The position numbers and the translations under genes are program-made. Positions 37,256 to 50,807 of a DNA stretch of 64,000 nucleotides are shown piece by piece; position 1 is the stretch's first letter, and each line of letters begins with the position of its first letter. The notes under the pieces are model-generated. The model was not told the DNA's origin and ran no database searches. It worked only from the letters and a program-made list of their open reading frames with translations. The stretch is from an uncultured bacterium (lineage in GTDB: Bacteria > Zixibacteria > MSB-5A5 > CAIYYT01), in NCBI GenBank assembly GCA_963726455.1, contig CAVSCK010000004.1, positions 1,735,676-1,799,675 on the forward strand. Direction: 5' to 3'.

Positions 37256-39667
37256 GTGGATAGTTATCGCGGTGATCGTTTAGCATTCGGACAACCGGGA
37301 ATTGAGCCACGTTGGACGCGTGGAAACAAGGATGGGGTCGGCACCGCCTATTCGGCGGCCAGCCGGATCTGGTTTACCTTGTGGAATGGAATCTTGACGG
37401 AGGTTTACTATCCGACAGTCGATCGGCCGCAGTTGCGCGATATGCAGTATCTCATCAGTGATGGCGAGAGCTTCTTTCACGACGAAAATCGCCATCTGGT
37501 CACGGAAATGGAACCGCTGTCTCCACTGGCTCTGGGATATCGAATTATCAACACCGACAAACGCGGCCGTTATTCCATCACGAAAGAAGTGATCGCCGAT
37601 CCTCACCTTTCCTGCATTCTGCAGAGGACCCATCTGTCAGGAGATGAAGACTTCCTGTCGCGACTTCACCTCTATGTACTATGTGCCCCACATTTGAATG
37701 TCGGCGGAGCAAACAATAACGCCTACGTGATTGAAGTCTCTGGAAGAGAAATTCTCATCGCCGAAAAGCAAGGCACCTGGATGGCATTAATGGCGTCCAT
37801 TCCGTTTTGCCGGCTGTCTGTCGGCTACGTCGGCCGCAGTGACGGTTGGACTGATATTGCCCGCAACTATCACTTGGATTGGGAATTTGACCAGGCCACC
37901 AACGGTAACGTAGCACTGACCGGCGAGATTCCGCTGGATGGCCAACGGGAATTCACGCTGGGTCTGGCATTGGGCGAAAGTCTGCACAGCGCCGTGACTA
38001 CACTGTTCCAGTCCTTGGGAGTTCCGTTCGAGACTCAGATGACGCGTTACGTTGAGCAGTGGAGCCGTCCCTGGCGCAATATCCAGCCACTGGAAAAAGT
38101 GTCCGGTGACGAAGGCCGCTTGTATCGCAAGAGCTACACTCTTCTTATGTCCCACGAAGACAAGACGTATCCCGGAGCTTTGATTGCATCTATGTCGATA
38201 CCCTGGGGGGAGGCCAAGGGCGATGAAGACATGGGCGGCTATCACCTTGTCTGGACGAGGGATATTGTCAACAGCGCTACCGGCTTACTCGCTGCCGGAA
38301 ATAAGGAGACACCTCTGCGAGTCCTGATTTATCTCGCAGCCAGCCAGCAGGAGGATGGCGGTTACCCCCAAAATTTCTGGATCGACGGACAGCCATACTG
38401 GAGCGGCGTCCAACTTGATGAGGTTTCCTTTCCGATCTTGTTAGCGTGGCGATTGCGCAGAGAAAACGCCCTTCAGGACTTCGATCCTCTGACCATGGTT
38501 CTACGTGCAGCCGGGTATATCATAAAACATGGCCCGGCTACTCAGCAGGAACGCTGGGAAGAAGCGAGCGGCTATTCGCCGTCTACACTGGCAGCCAATA
38601 TTGCCGCCTTGATCGCGGCAGCTCATTTCGCCGAGGAACGCAAGGAATTGTCCACTGCTCTGTATCTCAAAGAATATGCCGACTTCCTGGAGCAGCGTCT
38701 CGAAAAGTGGACGGTAACGACCGAAGGCGTGCTGCATCCCGCCATTAGCAGGCACTACATCAGAATCAAACCGGTTGACGTAGACGATCCCTTTCCGGAT
38801 GAAGATCCGAATCATGGGATGCTGACTATTCCCAACCTCAAGCCCGGCGCCGACAATCATTTCTCTGCCAAGGATATCGTTGATGCCGGCTTCCTGGAAT
38901 TTGTCCGCTACGGAATCCGCAGACCGGATGATCCACTAATAGTAGATTCGCTGAAAGTGGTCGATTCGGTTCTGAAAGTTGAGACACCGGCGGGACCGTG
39001 CTGGCATCGGTACAATCACGACGGCTTTGGTCAATGTGAAGATGGGGGGCCTTATCATGGCTGGGGAAAGGGTCGCGCCTGGCCATTACTAACAGGTGAG
39101 CGCGGACATTATGAACTGGCAGCGGGCGGAGATGTAAACCTGTACTTGCGCACTATCAATCGCCTCGCGTCACCGGCGGGACTTCTTCCCGAACAGGTTT
39201 GGGATGAACCGGATCGCCCAAAGATCCACATGTATTTTGGCAAACCAACCGGTGCTGCCATGCCGCTCATGTGGGCGCACGCCGAGTACATCAAACTATT
39301 GCGATCGGCATTTGACGGGGTGGTCTTCGACTACATTCCGGAGGTCGGCGATCGCTACCGCACTCGCTCGGGCTGCAAGTCGATCGAAATCTGGAAGCAT
39401 AATCGGCAGGTGACACAGGTTGTTACGGGATCAACCTTGCGCATTCAGGCCACGGGCGCATTCCGTCTTCACTGGACAGCAGACGAATGGCAGACTGTCC
39501 AGAACACTGATTCAACCTCCGTTGCTCTCGGCATCGACTACGTGGATGTACCGATCCGCCCCGATCAGCGCGCGCCTATCCGATTCACGTTCCTGTGGTT
39601 AACGGACATTCGCTGGGAAGGGCGTGACTACAGAGTCAACGTCACACTAAAGCCCCACGGGGACTAA
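37256..39667 (+). CDS. GH15 glucoamylase (glucan 1,4-alpha-glucosidase) with C-terminal carbohydrate-binding-like domain
   Basis: AFGQPGIEPRW, YHLVWTRD, QLDEVSFP, QERWEE, WHRYNHDGFG, WPLLTGERGHYE, LPEQVW, PLMWAHAEY; no signal peptide. Confidence 0.9.
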   Translation: MDSYRGDRLAFGQPGIEPRWTRGNKDGVGTAYSAASRIWFTLWNGILTEVYYPTVDRPQLRDMQYLISDGESFFHDENRHLVTEMEPLSPLALGYRIINTDKRGRYSITKEVIADPHLSCILQRTHLSGDEDFLSRLHLYVLCAPHLNVGGANNNAYVIEVSGREILIAEKQGTWMALMASIPFCRLSVGYVGRSDGWTDIARNYHLDWEFDQATNGNVALTGEIPLDGQREFTLGLALGESLHSAVTTLFQSLGVPFETQMTRYVEQWSRPWRNIQPLEKVSGDEGRLYRKSYTLLMSHEDKTYPGALIASMSIPWGEAKGDEDMGGYHLVWTRDIVNSATGLLAAGNKETPLRVLIYLAASQQEDGGYPQNFWIDGQPYWSGVQLDEVSFPILLAWRLRRENALQDFDPLTMVLRAAGYIIKHGPATQQERWEEASGYSPSTLAANIAALIAAAHFAEERKELSTALYLKEYADFLEQRLEKWTVTTEGVLHPAISRHYIRIKPVDVDDPFPDEDPNHGMLTIPNLKPGADNHFSAKDIVDAGFLEFVRYGIRRPDDPLIVDSLKVVDSVLKVETPAGPCWHRYNHDGFGQCEDGGPYHGWGKGRAWPLLTGERGHYELAAGGDVNLYLRTINRLASPAGLLPEQVWDEPDRPKIHMYFGKPTGAAMPLMWAHAEYIKLLRSAFDGVVFDYIPEVGDRYRTRSGCKSIEIWKHNRQVTQVVTGSTLRIQATGAFRLHWTADEWQTVQNTDSTSVALGIDYVDVPIRPDQRAPIRFTFLWLTDIRWEGRDYRVNVTLKPHGD

Positions 39668-39781
39668 AAGTTTTGCAGATTCCAAGAGTCCTTCGTAATG
39701 TTAACTTGTGCAGCGCTTTCTATAAATGTAAAATTGAAGTCTGCTAAAGTCGGACGAGACAGAAGACGGAACTTACTTTGA

Positions 39782-41440
<1,659 letters not shown>

Positions 41441-41497
41441 CGTGCGTTTAAGATACACAGTCCTCACTCACGTACATTATGCTGAAAGGGAAATCAA

Positions 41498-43597
41498 ATG
41501 AACGTATCCGAAGATCCAGTCCCTGCTGCTACTGATACAGCTAAGCCAGCCGCTTCACCGTCGAATTCGAGAATCCCGAAACATCCCAGCCAGTCCGACC
41601 TTGACGAATTATGCATAAATACTATCCGTTGCCTGTCGATGGACGCCGTCCAAAAAGCGAAGTCCGGACATCCCGGCATGCCGATGGGGATGGCGCCCGC
41701 GGCTTACGTTCTGTGGACCAAGCACCTGAGATTCAATCCGCAACATCCCAAATGGGTCAATCGTGATCGCTTTGTCCTGTCGGCCGGACACGGATGCATG
41801 CTGCTGTATTCGTTGTTGCACTTGACCGGATACGATCTGTCGCTCGACGAAATCAAGAATTTCCGTCAGTGGGGCAGCAAGACACCGGGACATCCGGAAT
41901 ACGGACACACTCCGGGAGTCGAGGTCACAACCGGGCCGTTAGGGCAAGGCATATCAAATTCTGTCGGCATGGCCATCGCCGAAAAGTATCTCGCCTCTTA
42001 TTTCGATCGCGATCAATTCCCAATTATAGATTACCGTATCTATGTGATTGCCGGGGACGGTGACTTGGAAGAGGGCGTGGCCTCAGAAGCTTGTTCGCTT
42101 GCGGGACACCTCGGCCTCAACAATCTCGTCGTGATCTATGATGACAACCACATCACGATCGATGGCAACACTTCCCTCTCTTTTGGAGAAGACGTTGCCA
42201 GGAGGTTTGAGGCCTACGGCTGGTTTGTGCAAACTGTCGGGGGCGACGGCAACGATATTGCGGCAATTGACAAAGCAATAGTCGCCGCGAAAAATGAAAA
42301 GAATCGTCCTTCTCTCATCAAGTTGCGCACTCACATTGCCTATGGCAGCCCCAACAAGCAGGACACCAAAGATGCTCACGGCTCGCCGCTGGGAGACGAG
42401 GAGATCGCGCTAACGAAGAAACGATACGGTTGGGATCCTGAGAAGAAATTCTATGTACCCGAAGAAGCGCTCAAGGCGTTCAAAGTTGCCGTTGACAGAG
42501 GCGCCCTACTGGAAAAATCATGGAAAGAGCTTTTCGAGAAATTTGCAGCAACTTATGCCGATCTTTCACGCGAATTCCGAAATGCAGCCGCGCGGAAACT
42601 TCCCGACAATTGGCAGCAGGTCTGGACGGAATCTGCTCCGAAATTCGACCCTGCTACATCAATTGCGACTCGTGAAGCCCAGGGCAAAATTCTGGACGCG
42701 ATCATGCCCAAGCTGCCGCTCGTTGTTGGCGGATCGGGAGATCTGACACCGTCCAACAATACATTCTTCAAAGGTGCAATAATTTTCGACGCCGGCAATC
42801 GCGCCGGACGATACATCCACTACGGAGTGCGAGAGCATGGAATGGGCGCCATCCTCAACGGTATAGCCGTGAGTGATATGCTGATTCCGTACGGTGGTAC
42901 CTTCTTCTGTTTCTCCGACTACATGCGCCCGTCGATTCGGTTGGCAGCGTTATCGAGATATCCGACGATCTTTATCTATACTCATGACAGCATCGGCCTT
43001 GGCGAGGACGGACCCACGCATCAAGCAGTTGAGCATCTGGCGGCACTGCGCGCAATACCGGGATTAGTCATACTTCGCCCCGCAGATGCCAATGAAACGG
43101 CATTCGCCTGGAAATATGCCCTTGAACATCGAAACGGTCCGACTGTTATGGCCCTGACCAGGCAGAAACTTCCGGTTCTCGATCAGACACGTTATTCTTC
43201 CGCAGCCAACGTGGAAAGAGGTGGGTACGTACTCACTCAGACTGCAAATCCTCAAGTGCTGCTGATCGCCACCGGATCTGAAGTACATCTGGCACTACGC
43301 GCATTCGAAAAGCTCACTGCGGAAGGAGTTCGTGCCTCAGTTGTAAGCATACCTTCGTGGGAATTGTTCGAAATGCAGTCGCAGGAATATCGTGATAGCG
43401 TTCTACCCCCTTCTGTCACTGCAAGAGTGGCGATTGAGGCGGGCGTGAAACTTGGCTGGGAGCGCTACCTGGGTCCTAAAGGCGAGTTTGTGGGCATGAA
43501 ATCCTTCGGCGCTTCTGCACCTGCTGACGTTGCGTTTCGGGAATTTGGCTTTACGGTCGAAAACGTGCTCGCGGCAGTCAAAAGGACCATGGGATGA
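41498..43597 (+). CDS. tkt: Transketolase
   Basis: [56 protein letters not shown]. Confidence 0.96.
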   Translation: MNVSEDPVPAATDTAKPAASPSNSRIPKHPSQSDLDELCINTIRCLSMDAVQKAKSGHPGMPMGMAPAAYVLWTKHLRFNPQHPKWVNRDRFVLSAGHGCMLLYSLLHLTGYDLSLDEIKNFRQWGSKTPGHPEYGHTPGVEVTTGPLGQGISNSVGMAIAEKYLASYFDRDQFPIIDYRIYVIAGDGDLEEGVASEACSLAGHLGLNNLVVIYDDNHITIDGNTSLSFGEDVARRFEAYGWFVQTVGGDGNDIAAIDKAIVAAKNEKNRPSLIKLRTHIAYGSPNKQDTKDAHGSPLGDEEIALTKKRYGWDPEKKFYVPEEALKAFKVAVDRGALLEKSWKELFEKFAATYADLSREFRNAAARKLPDNWQQVWTESAPKFDPATSIATREAQGKILDAIMPKLPLVVGGSGDLTPSNNTFFKGAIIFDAGNRAGRYIHYGVREHGMGAILNGIAVSDMLIPYGGTFFCFSDYMRPSIRLAALSRYPTIFIYTHDSIGLGEDGPTHQAVEHLAALRAIPGLVILRPADANETAFAWKYALEHRNGPTVMALTRQKLPVLDQTRYSSAANVERGGYVLTQTANPQVLLIATGSEVHLALRAFEKLTAEGVRASVVSIPSWELFEMQSQEYRDSVLPPSVTARVAIEAGVKLGWERYLGPKGEFVGMKSFGASAPADVAFREFGFTVENVLAAVKRTMG

Positions 43598-44043
43598 AGG
43601 TGGCGATTGCCTGCGACCATGCCGGCTTCGCGTTGAAGCAGGAATTGGCGGTGGCTCTGCAACAGGACGGGCATGAGGTGCATGACTTGGGCGCTTATGA
43701 CACACGACCCTCAGATTACCCCGATTACGCCCGCGCCATCGGCAAGGCGGTAGTGTCCGGCCAGGCAGAACGCGGTATTCTAGTGTGCGGCAGCGGCATT
43801 GGTGCATCGGTTGCCGCCAATAAGATCAAGGGCATCCGCGCCGGTTTGGCACATGATACATATTCGGCGCACCAAGGCGTTGAACACGACAATGCCAACG
43901 TATTATGTCTTGGTTCGCGCGTCATCGGTACGGCCCTCGCCCTCGAAATTGCGCGGGCATTCCTAAAAGCAACTTTTTCGAACGAGGAGCGGCACATTCG
44001 ACGTCTCCAGAAGGTTCTAGATATAGAGAAACAGCAGAGCTGA
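43594..44043 (+). CDS. rpiB: Ribose-5-phosphate isomerase B
   Basis: IACDHAG, DYPD, CGSGIG.S.AANK, HDNANVL, RH.RRL. Confidence 0.95.
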   Translation: MKVAIACDHAGFALKQELAVALQQDGHEVHDLGAYDTRPSDYPDYARAIGKAVVSGQAERGILVCGSGIGASVAANKIKGIRAGLAHDTYSAHQGVEHDNANVLCLGSRVIGTALALEIARAFLKATFSNEERHIRRLQKVLDIEKQQS

Positions 44044-44055
44044 GGAGAATCGATA

Positions 44056-45189
44056 ATGAATGCAATACAACAGCTTGACAAATTTGGCCAGAGCATCTGG
44101 TTTGACAACATCAGCCGGAAGTTGATCAGCAGTGGCAAGTTAAAGGAAATGGTTGGCGAGGGCCTGCAGGGCGTCACCTCAAATCCGACGATTTTTGACA
44201 AAGCTATTGCCGGCACCAGCGACTACGACGACCAGATTCGCGAATTGACGGATGCGCATCCTGATATGGCTACCGCGGATATCCTGAGGGAACTCATGAT
44301 ATCCGATATAAAGACGGCCGCAGATGTGTTGCGTCCCGTATATGATCACACAAATGGGCGCGATGGGTACATCAGTATCGAGGTCAATCCGCACAGCGCA
44401 CATGATACACGGGCAACGGAAGAGGAAGTGCGCTATTTCTGGAATCGCATCACCCGACCCAATCTCATGGTCAAGATCCCGGCGACCAAAGAAGGTCTGC
44501 CCGCGATCGAACAGATGACTTCTGAAGGAATCAACATCAATGTGACCCTCATATTTTCGCAGGAACGTTATTGCGAAGTCGTGGACGCTTATTTGCGCGG
44601 AATTGAAGCCCGGCTAACAAATGGAAACCGAGTCAATCAAGTTACTTCGGTTGCCAGTGTTTTCGTTAGCCGTGTTGACACGCTCGTGGATAGTCTGCTG
44701 GAAAAGAAGATCCAGGAGGCAACCGATTCGAAAACGGGAGACGAACTGCGGAAGCTGCTCGGAACTGCCGCGGTTGCAAACGCGAAATTGATCTATCAAT
44801 CATTCAAGGAGATATTCGGTACACCCCGGTTTGTATCGCTGCAAAAGAGAGGGGCAAGAATTCAGCGTCCTCTGTGGGGCAGCACCGGGACCAAGAACCC
44901 GGCTTATAGTGAATTGAAATACGTCGAGAATCTTGTCGGTGCGCAGACTGTCAACACGGTCCCGCCACAAACATACGCCGCGATGCTCGACCACCTCACT
45001 CCTACGTTGACGATCGAGAGCGATCTCGACACTGCAAAGGCGTTGCTGCAAGAACTTTCAAAGCACGGCATCGACTTGGGATGGGTGATGCAGAAACTGG
45101 AGGATGACGGTGTCGCAGCTTTCGAGAAATCATTCGACGATCTGTTGGGAAGTCTTGCCGGTAAGCAAGTGACATTGCTTCACGCTTGA
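44056..45189 (+). CDS. tal: Transaldolase
   Basis: SIWFDN, GVTSNPTIF, SIEVNP, MVKIPAT, NVTLIFS, SVFVSRVD, LWGSTGTKNP. Confidence 0.95.
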   Translation: MNAIQQLDKFGQSIWFDNISRKLISSGKLKEMVGEGLQGVTSNPTIFDKAIAGTSDYDDQIRELTDAHPDMATADILRELMISDIKTAADVLRPVYDHTNGRDGYISIEVNPHSAHDTRATEEEVRYFWNRITRPNLMVKIPATKEGLPAIEQMTSEGININVTLIFSQERYCEVVDAYLRGIEARLTNGNRVNQVTSVASVFVSRVDTLVDSLLEKKIQEATDSKTGDELRKLLGTAAVANAKLIYQSFKEIFGTPRFVSLQKRGARIQRPLWGSTGTKNPAYSELKYVENLVGAQTVNTVPPQTYAAMLDHLTPTLTIESDLDTAKALLQELSKHGIDLGWVMQKLEDDGVAAFEKSFDDLLGSLAGKQVTLLHA

Positions 45190-45228
45190 CGACCGATAAC
45201 CTTTCGTGTTGAACTTATAGAGGGGACT

Positions 45229-45840
45229 TTGGCTAAGATCACAACCATGTTTTGGGATATCGGTGGTGTGATTCTGACCAACGGCTGGGAGTTGGAATCC
45301 CGACGGGCAGCGGCGTCGCGTTTTGGCCTGAACTGGGAGGAATTTGAGGACCGGCACGGGCTGGTGGTCGACGACTTCGAAACGGGTCGAATCACACTGG
45401 CCGAATACCTGGACCGCACGATCTTCTACCGGCAACGGGAATTCACCGCGGAAGAAGTCAAGTTGTTCATGTTCGAACAATCACAGGCAAATGTCGAGAC
45501 ACTTTCGATTCTGGCGAAACTGTCAAACAGTGGCGATTACTTTCTGGCGGCACTAAATAATGAAGCACTCGAACTAAACCTGTATCGAATTGAGAATTTC
45601 GGACTTCGCAACTACTTTGCCGACTTCTTTAGTTCATGCTTTCTTGGCGTCAGAAAACCGAATCGCGCCATATATGATATTGCCTTGCAGGTCACGCAAC
45701 GTCGTCCCGAGGAATGTCTTTACATCGACGACCGGCTGCTCAATCTCGAATGCGTCAAGCATCTGGGCATGGCAACGATTCATTATCAAAACCCGCAACA
45801 GTTAGCGGCGGAAATGCACGAGTATGTTGCGTTTGAATAG
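45229..45840 (+). CDS. HAD-superfamily phosphatase (YihX-like)
   Basis: FWDIGGV, LNN, RKPN, YIDDR..N. Confidence 0.85.
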   Translation: MAKITTMFWDIGGVILTNGWELESRRAAASRFGLNWEEFEDRHGLVVDDFETGRITLAEYLDRTIFYRQREFTAEEVKLFMFEQSQANVETLSILAKLSNSGDYFLAALNNEALELNLYRIENFGLRNYFADFFSSCFLGVRKPNRAIYDIALQVTQRRPEECLYIDDRLLNLECVKHLGMATIHYQNPQQLAAEMHEYVAFE

Positions 45841-45865
45841 AAGATTCAAAGGAGGAAGCTGAATT

Positions 45866-46774
45866 ATGGAGCTTGGGATGATCGGTTTGGGCCGAATGGG
45901 TGCCAACATGGTGTTGCGATTATTGAGTGGTAAACACAAGGTGGTGGCATACAATCGCAGTCCTGACGCGGTGCAGCGGGTTGTCGACAAGGGAGCAACT
46001 AGCGCCAAGTCGTTACAGGATCTGGTCGGACAATTGGCTTCCCCGCGAATCTTGTGGCTGATGATACCGTCCGGCGCGCCAGTTGATGACGCGTTGGCGC
46101 AATTGGTAACAATGGTCTCGCGCGGTGACATAATCATTGATGGCGGAAATTCCTATTACCGAGATTCATTGCGTCGGGCAAAGATGCTCAAAGAAAAGGG
46201 AATCGACTACGTGGACGTGGGCACCAGCGGCGGCATCTGGGGACTGACCGAGGGGTACAGCATGATGGTCGGTGGCGACGCACAAATCGTCGACCGCCTG
46301 CGGCCGATCTTCGAAACACTTGCTCCGGCGCCCGACAAGGGCTGGGGACGCGTCGGGCCGGTCGGCTCAGGCCATTTCGTCAAGATGGTACACAACGGAA
46401 TCGAGTACGGCATGATGCAGGCCTATGCCGAAGGTTTTGCGCTGATGAAACAGAAAAAGGAATTCGCTCTTGACCTCCACCAGGTGTCCGAAATCTGGCG
46501 CAGCGGCAGCGTAGTGCGGTCGTGGTTGTTGGACCTGACGGCAGAGGCATTGCAGGAAAATCCCGATCTGAAAGATATCGCTCCGTTTGTGGCCGATTCC
46601 GGCGAAGGTCGCTGGACTGTCTCGGAGGCGATTGATCTCGATGTGCCGGCGCCGATTATTACGCTATCGTTACTGGAACGCCTACGCTCCCGTGTCGATG
46701 ATTCGTTTGGAGACAAACTGCTTGCGGCCATGAGGCAGAAATTCGGCGGCCACGCCGTCAAGCGGAAGGAGTAG
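45866..46774 (+). CDS. gnd: Decarboxylating 6-phosphogluconate dehydrogenase (short type)
   Basis: GLGRMG, IDGGNS, DVGTSGG, GHFVKMVHNGIEYG, DSGEGRW, FGGHAVK. Confidence 0.95.
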   Translation: MELGMIGLGRMGANMVLRLLSGKHKVVAYNRSPDAVQRVVDKGATSAKSLQDLVGQLASPRILWLMIPSGAPVDDALAQLVTMVSRGDIIIDGGNSYYRDSLRRAKMLKEKGIDYVDVGTSGGIWGLTEGYSMMVGGDAQIVDRLRPIFETLAPAPDKGWGRVGPVGSGHFVKMVHNGIEYGMMQAYAEGFALMKQKKEFALDLHQVSEIWRSGSVVRSWLLDLTAEALQENPDLKDIAPFVADSGEGRWTVSEAIDLDVPAPIITLSLLERLRSRVDDSFGDKLLAAMRQKFGGHAVKRKE

Positions 46775-46776
46775 CC

Positions 46777-48235
46777 GTGCCTACAGGTCAAGTTGAACCT
46801 CATCTGTTCGTAATCTTCGGAGCCACCGGCGACTTAATGAAGCGCAAGCTGCTCCCGGCGATTTACCAATTAACTGCCGAAGGATTTCTCCGTGACAATT
46901 GCTACATCCTGGGAGTGTCGACTCAGTCGGGACTGACGGATGATGGCTTTCGCAAGTGGGCAAACCAGGCCTTGATCGACGCCGGAATAAAGACTGAGGA
47001 TCTCGAAAAATGGTGTACCAATTGCCTCTATTACCAGCCCGTCGCCGACGAATTCGACGTCCTCGCGCGTCGCATCTCCGAAATCGAGGCGCAGAATGAT
47101 CTTCCCGGCAACCGGATCTTCTACTTGGCTTTGCCGCCGGCAGTATTTCCCTCGACAATCACCGCACTGGGCCAATGTAAACTCAACCACTCCTCGGGTT
47201 GGACGAAACTCATCATCGAAAAGCCGTTTGGCCGTGATCTCACCTCGGCTCAGAAGCTGAATGCCCTGGTTCACCAGTATTTCGACGAGAGCCAGATCTA
47301 CCGAATTGATCACTACCTCGGAAAGGAAACGGTGCAGAATCTCCTGGCCTTTCGATTTGCGAATTCGATTTTCGAATCGCTTTGGAATCGCGATCGCGTG
47401 GAGAGCGTCAAGATTACAGTCGCTGAAGAGCTAGGTGTTGAACACCGGGGTGCCTACTATGAACAAGCCGGCGCACTGCGTGACATGGTACAAAATCATC
47501 TCACACAGTTGCTCACACTTGACCGCAATGGAAGTGCCGAGTTCGTTCAATGCCGATTCGATCCGTTACGAGAAGGTCAAAGTTCTGCGCTCGATAAGGC
47601 CGATTCGAATCTCCGACGTTGTCTTCGGGCAGTACGCGCAGGGTCACATCGACGGTCAATTGGTGCCCGGATACTTGGAGGAGCCGCGCGTCTCCGCGAC
47701 TTCTACGACAGAGACTTACCTGGCAATGCGCGTGGAAATCGACAACTGGCGTTGGCAAGGCGTTCCCTTCTACCTGCGAACCGGCAAGAGATTACCACGC
47801 CGGTTGACGCAGATTGAGGTCACATTCCGTCACCCGCCTGTTTCAATCTTTCATCCGGTCGAAACCGGAGATCCACATCCAAACGTCCTGAAAGTGATTC
47901 TTCAGCCGGACGAAGGTTTCGAGTTGTCGTTCCAGGTTAAAGCTCCCGGGCAGGGGATCAATTTGGAGACACAGCGGATGCATTTTCGTTACGCAGAAGT
48001 GTTCGGCCCGCTTCCTGAGGCATATCGAACGCTGCTGCGAGATATCGTCATCGGTGACCAAACTTTGTTTGTCCATGCCGACGAAGTCGAGACATCTTGG
48101 CAACTCTATACGCCATTGCTCGAATCACAGCATTCGGTCTATCCGTACGAGGCAGGAACCTGGGGGCCCGAGGAAGCCGACAGACTCTTGGAGGAGATTC
48201 ACGGAACGTGGAAAAACGCAAACTCCGGGAAGTGA
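46777..48235 (+). pseudogene. zwf: Glucose-6-phosphate 1-dehydrogenase, frameshifted near 47519 (probably a sequencing error)
   Basis: FGATGDL, EKPFG, RIDHYLGKETVQN, RDMVQNHL in one frame; after one extra base (ACA-C-TTG ACC GCA ATG GAA) WQGVPFYLRTGK and Y.AGTWGP follow in another. Confidence 0.9.
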
Positions 48236-48945
48236 TAGTCTGTTCGGATTCCGACGATCTGAAAAGACGTGCCGCAGCAGAAATTGCCGAGCAAATTGGC
48301 AAAGCGCTTGATTCGAATAGACCGTTCTCAATTGCGCTGTCCGGTGGACATACTCCTCGGACATTGTATCGCCTCCTCGCTAAAGACTATCACGACCGAA
48401 TTCGCTGGAATATTGTTCATCTCTTCTGGAGCGATGAACGCTTCGTGCAATACAGCAGTCCACTTAGCAACTTTGGAATGGCACGCGATGAGTTGATTGC
48501 ACGCATTCCCATCCCCCCCGAAAATGTACACCCAATGCCAACTGATTTTGAATCCCCGGAACTGGCCGCGACAAAGTATCAAGAGTTGTTGGAGAAATGG
48601 TTTTCCGCAGAATGGCCGAAGTTCGACTTGGTGCTTCTCGGTGTCGGCACTGATGGCCATTCGGCATCGCTATTCCCGGGTTCGCCGGTTCTAAGCGAAA
48701 CTCAGCGATGGGTTGCGCATGTAAAAGCTACCTCCGAGCCGCCTATGCGCCTCACCCTGACACTTCCGGCGATTAATGCCGCGCGACAAATCATTCTCTT
48801 GGCAGCTGGCAGGGAAAAGGCGGAAATCGTCAAAGCGGTACTTGCAGATCAGGATCGCGGCGGCAAGCTCTACCCGGCAAGCATGGTCGGCGGACAAGCT
48901 GCTCTCATATGGTTGCTTGACCGCGATGCAGCCGCCCTGCTCTAG
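48208..48945 (+). CDS. pgl: 6-phosphogluconolactonase
   Basis: ALSGGHTP, FWSDER, LLGVGTDGHSASLFP, RLTLTLP; GTG 48208 chosen as start. Confidence 0.93.
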   Translation: MEKRKLREVIVCSDSDDLKRRAAAEIAEQIGKALDSNRPFSIALSGGHTPRTLYRLLAKDYHDRIRWNIVHLFWSDERFVQYSSPLSNFGMARDELIARIPIPPENVHPMPTDFESPELAATKYQELLEKWFSAEWPKFDLVLLGVGTDGHSASLFPGSPVLSETQRWVAHVKATSEPPMRLTLTLPAINAARQIILLAAGREKAEIVKAVLADQDRGGKLYPASMVGGQAALIWLLDRDAAALL

Positions 48946-49264
48946 TCGGTAAGCACACCCTCACTTTATTCTCCTACCAAATATCTGGGCCCACGGCACA
49001 ATCGCCGACAGGTTCTGTCTATTCCTGCAACTACGCATCGGCAATGACGGATTTCCGGTTCTTCTTTGTGTATTTGAGCACTCTGCTTATTCCAATTCGC
49101 CAATAAAGAGCTTGCGTGTCCATTAGGTTTGGTATAGCTTTTGATCGTCTCGTTGACAGAATCCTGGATGGAACGTAGTCTGATCTCTCGACGGGAACTA
49201 ACGAAGACAAATGATTCACAGCGGACTCAATTAACTCTCACCCAAAAGACAAGGAATAGCGCAG

Positions 49265-50791
49265 ATGTCAAGATGTCGATTTCCTATGGCAATTGCCATC
49301 GTCACGCTTCTGGTGTCATTAGCGCAAGCGCAGACGCCCGACGTGCGCCTGGACGTCAAGAAGCACACGCTGGCCAACGGTATGAGGATACTGGTTCTCG
49401 AGAATCACTCGGCGCCGGTCTTTTCCACGATCATTCGCTTCAACACCGGATCGGTTGATGAGCATCCCGGCATTACCGGTTCATCACACCTGCTCGAACA
49501 CATGTTGTTCAAGGGAACAAAGATTGTCGGCACGAGCAATTACGAGGCCGAGGTTCCCATCATGGCCAAGATTGATACCCTGGCACATCGGCTTTATGCA
49601 GAGCAAGCGAAGATTCAGAGTCCGCTCAACCCTCAGGACTCCACAAAAATCAAGCAGTTGCGGCAACAAATGGCTGACCTGCAATCCGAGGAAAAGAAGT
49701 ACGTAATTAAGGACGAGCTCTGGAGCACCTATCTGCAGAGCGGCGGCTCCGGTTTGAATGCCTCCACTAGTAATGACGGCACTCAATACTATGTCTCACT
49801 GCCTAAGAATCGGCTCGAATTGTGGGCGTTTCTGGAAAGTGACAGAATGGCGAATCTCGTGCTCAGAGAGTTCTACTCGGAACGTGATGTCGTCATGGAA
49901 GAGCGCCGATTGAGTGTCGAGAACCAGGTGAGAGGCCGGCTCGGCGAAGCATCATCTTCCGCTTTTTACAGCGCCTCGCCTTATTCCTGGCCGGTCGTCG
50001 GTTGGATGAGCGACCTGCAGACGTTGCAGCGCGAGGACGTCGAGGACTATTTCCGATCCCATTACTCGCCTTCAAACGCTGTGGTTGTAGTAGTCGGCGA
50101 CGTAACTGCGGATGCAGTGTTTGCGATTTGCGAGAAATACTTCAGCAAGATTCCGGCGCAGCCGTTGCCCCGTCCGGTGGTCACCCGTGACGCCCCGCAG
50201 GCAGGCGAAAAGAGAGTTGAAGTCGAATACGACGCGAATCCCGTCGGTGACATTTCCTGGCACGTGCCACAAATTGGGCATCCTGACCTCGCCGCTCTTG
50301 ATGTTGCGGCGAATATACTGTCGACCGGGCGCACTAGCCGCTTTTACAAGAACATTCGCGAGAAGAAGCTCGGGACAGCCAATGCCGGCGTTGATTACGG
50401 CCGCTATCCCAGCGCGTTCTCCTGTTCGATCACACCATACGGCGACCACACGATTCAGGAAATGGAAGCCGCGGTCTATGCTGAGATCGACAGACTCAAG
50501 ACTGAGAAAGTGAGCGATTGGGAACTGCAGAAGGTTCGCAATCAGGTGGACGCCCAGTTGCTTCGCTCCCTGGAAAATAATCGCGGACTGGCATCGCGAA
50601 TTGCATCCAGCGAAGCCATGACTGGTGACTGGCATGACTTCATCAGTCGCGCTGATGCAGTAAAGAAAGTGACGGCTGACGACGTTATGCGAGTGGTCAA
50701 CAAGTATCTGGTCAAAAGCAATCGCGTCGTGACCTACGTTGTGAGGCCGACCGCGGATCAACCGGCTGCCTCCGGCCCCAAGACGAATTAG
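49265..50791 (+). CDS. M16 (pitrilysin-family) metallopeptidase, catalytic subunit, exported
   Basis: Signal peptide; HLLEH (HxxEH); NAST; E...V.EERR; PVVGW..D. Confidence 0.92.
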   Translation: MSRCRFPMAIAIVTLLVSLAQAQTPDVRLDVKKHTLANGMRILVLENHSAPVFSTIIRFNTGSVDEHPGITGSSHLLEHMLFKGTKIVGTSNYEAEVPIMAKIDTLAHRLYAEQAKIQSPLNPQDSTKIKQLRQQMADLQSEEKKYVIKDELWSTYLQSGGSGLNASTSNDGTQYYVSLPKNRLELWAFLESDRMANLVLREFYSERDVVMEERRLSVENQVRGRLGEASSSAFYSASPYSWPVVGWMSDLQTLQREDVEDYFRSHYSPSNAVVVVVGDVTADAVFAICEKYFSKIPAQPLPRPVVTRDAPQAGEKRVEVEYDANPVGDISWHVPQIGHPDLAALDVAANILSTGRTSRFYKNIREKKLGTANAGVDYGRYPSAFSCSITPYGDHTIQEMEAAVYAEIDRLKTEKVSDWELQKVRNQVDAQLLRSLENNRGLASRIASSEAMTGDWHDFISRADAVKKVTADDVMRVVNKYLVKSNRVVTYVVRPTADQPAASGPKTN

Positions 50792-50807
50792 ACTGGAGTG
50801 TAATAAC

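Noticed and set aside
49031-49219. 62-aa minus-strand ORF in the pgl-M16 intergenic region
   Set aside because: No RBS or motif; I cannot distinguish it from a chance ORF.
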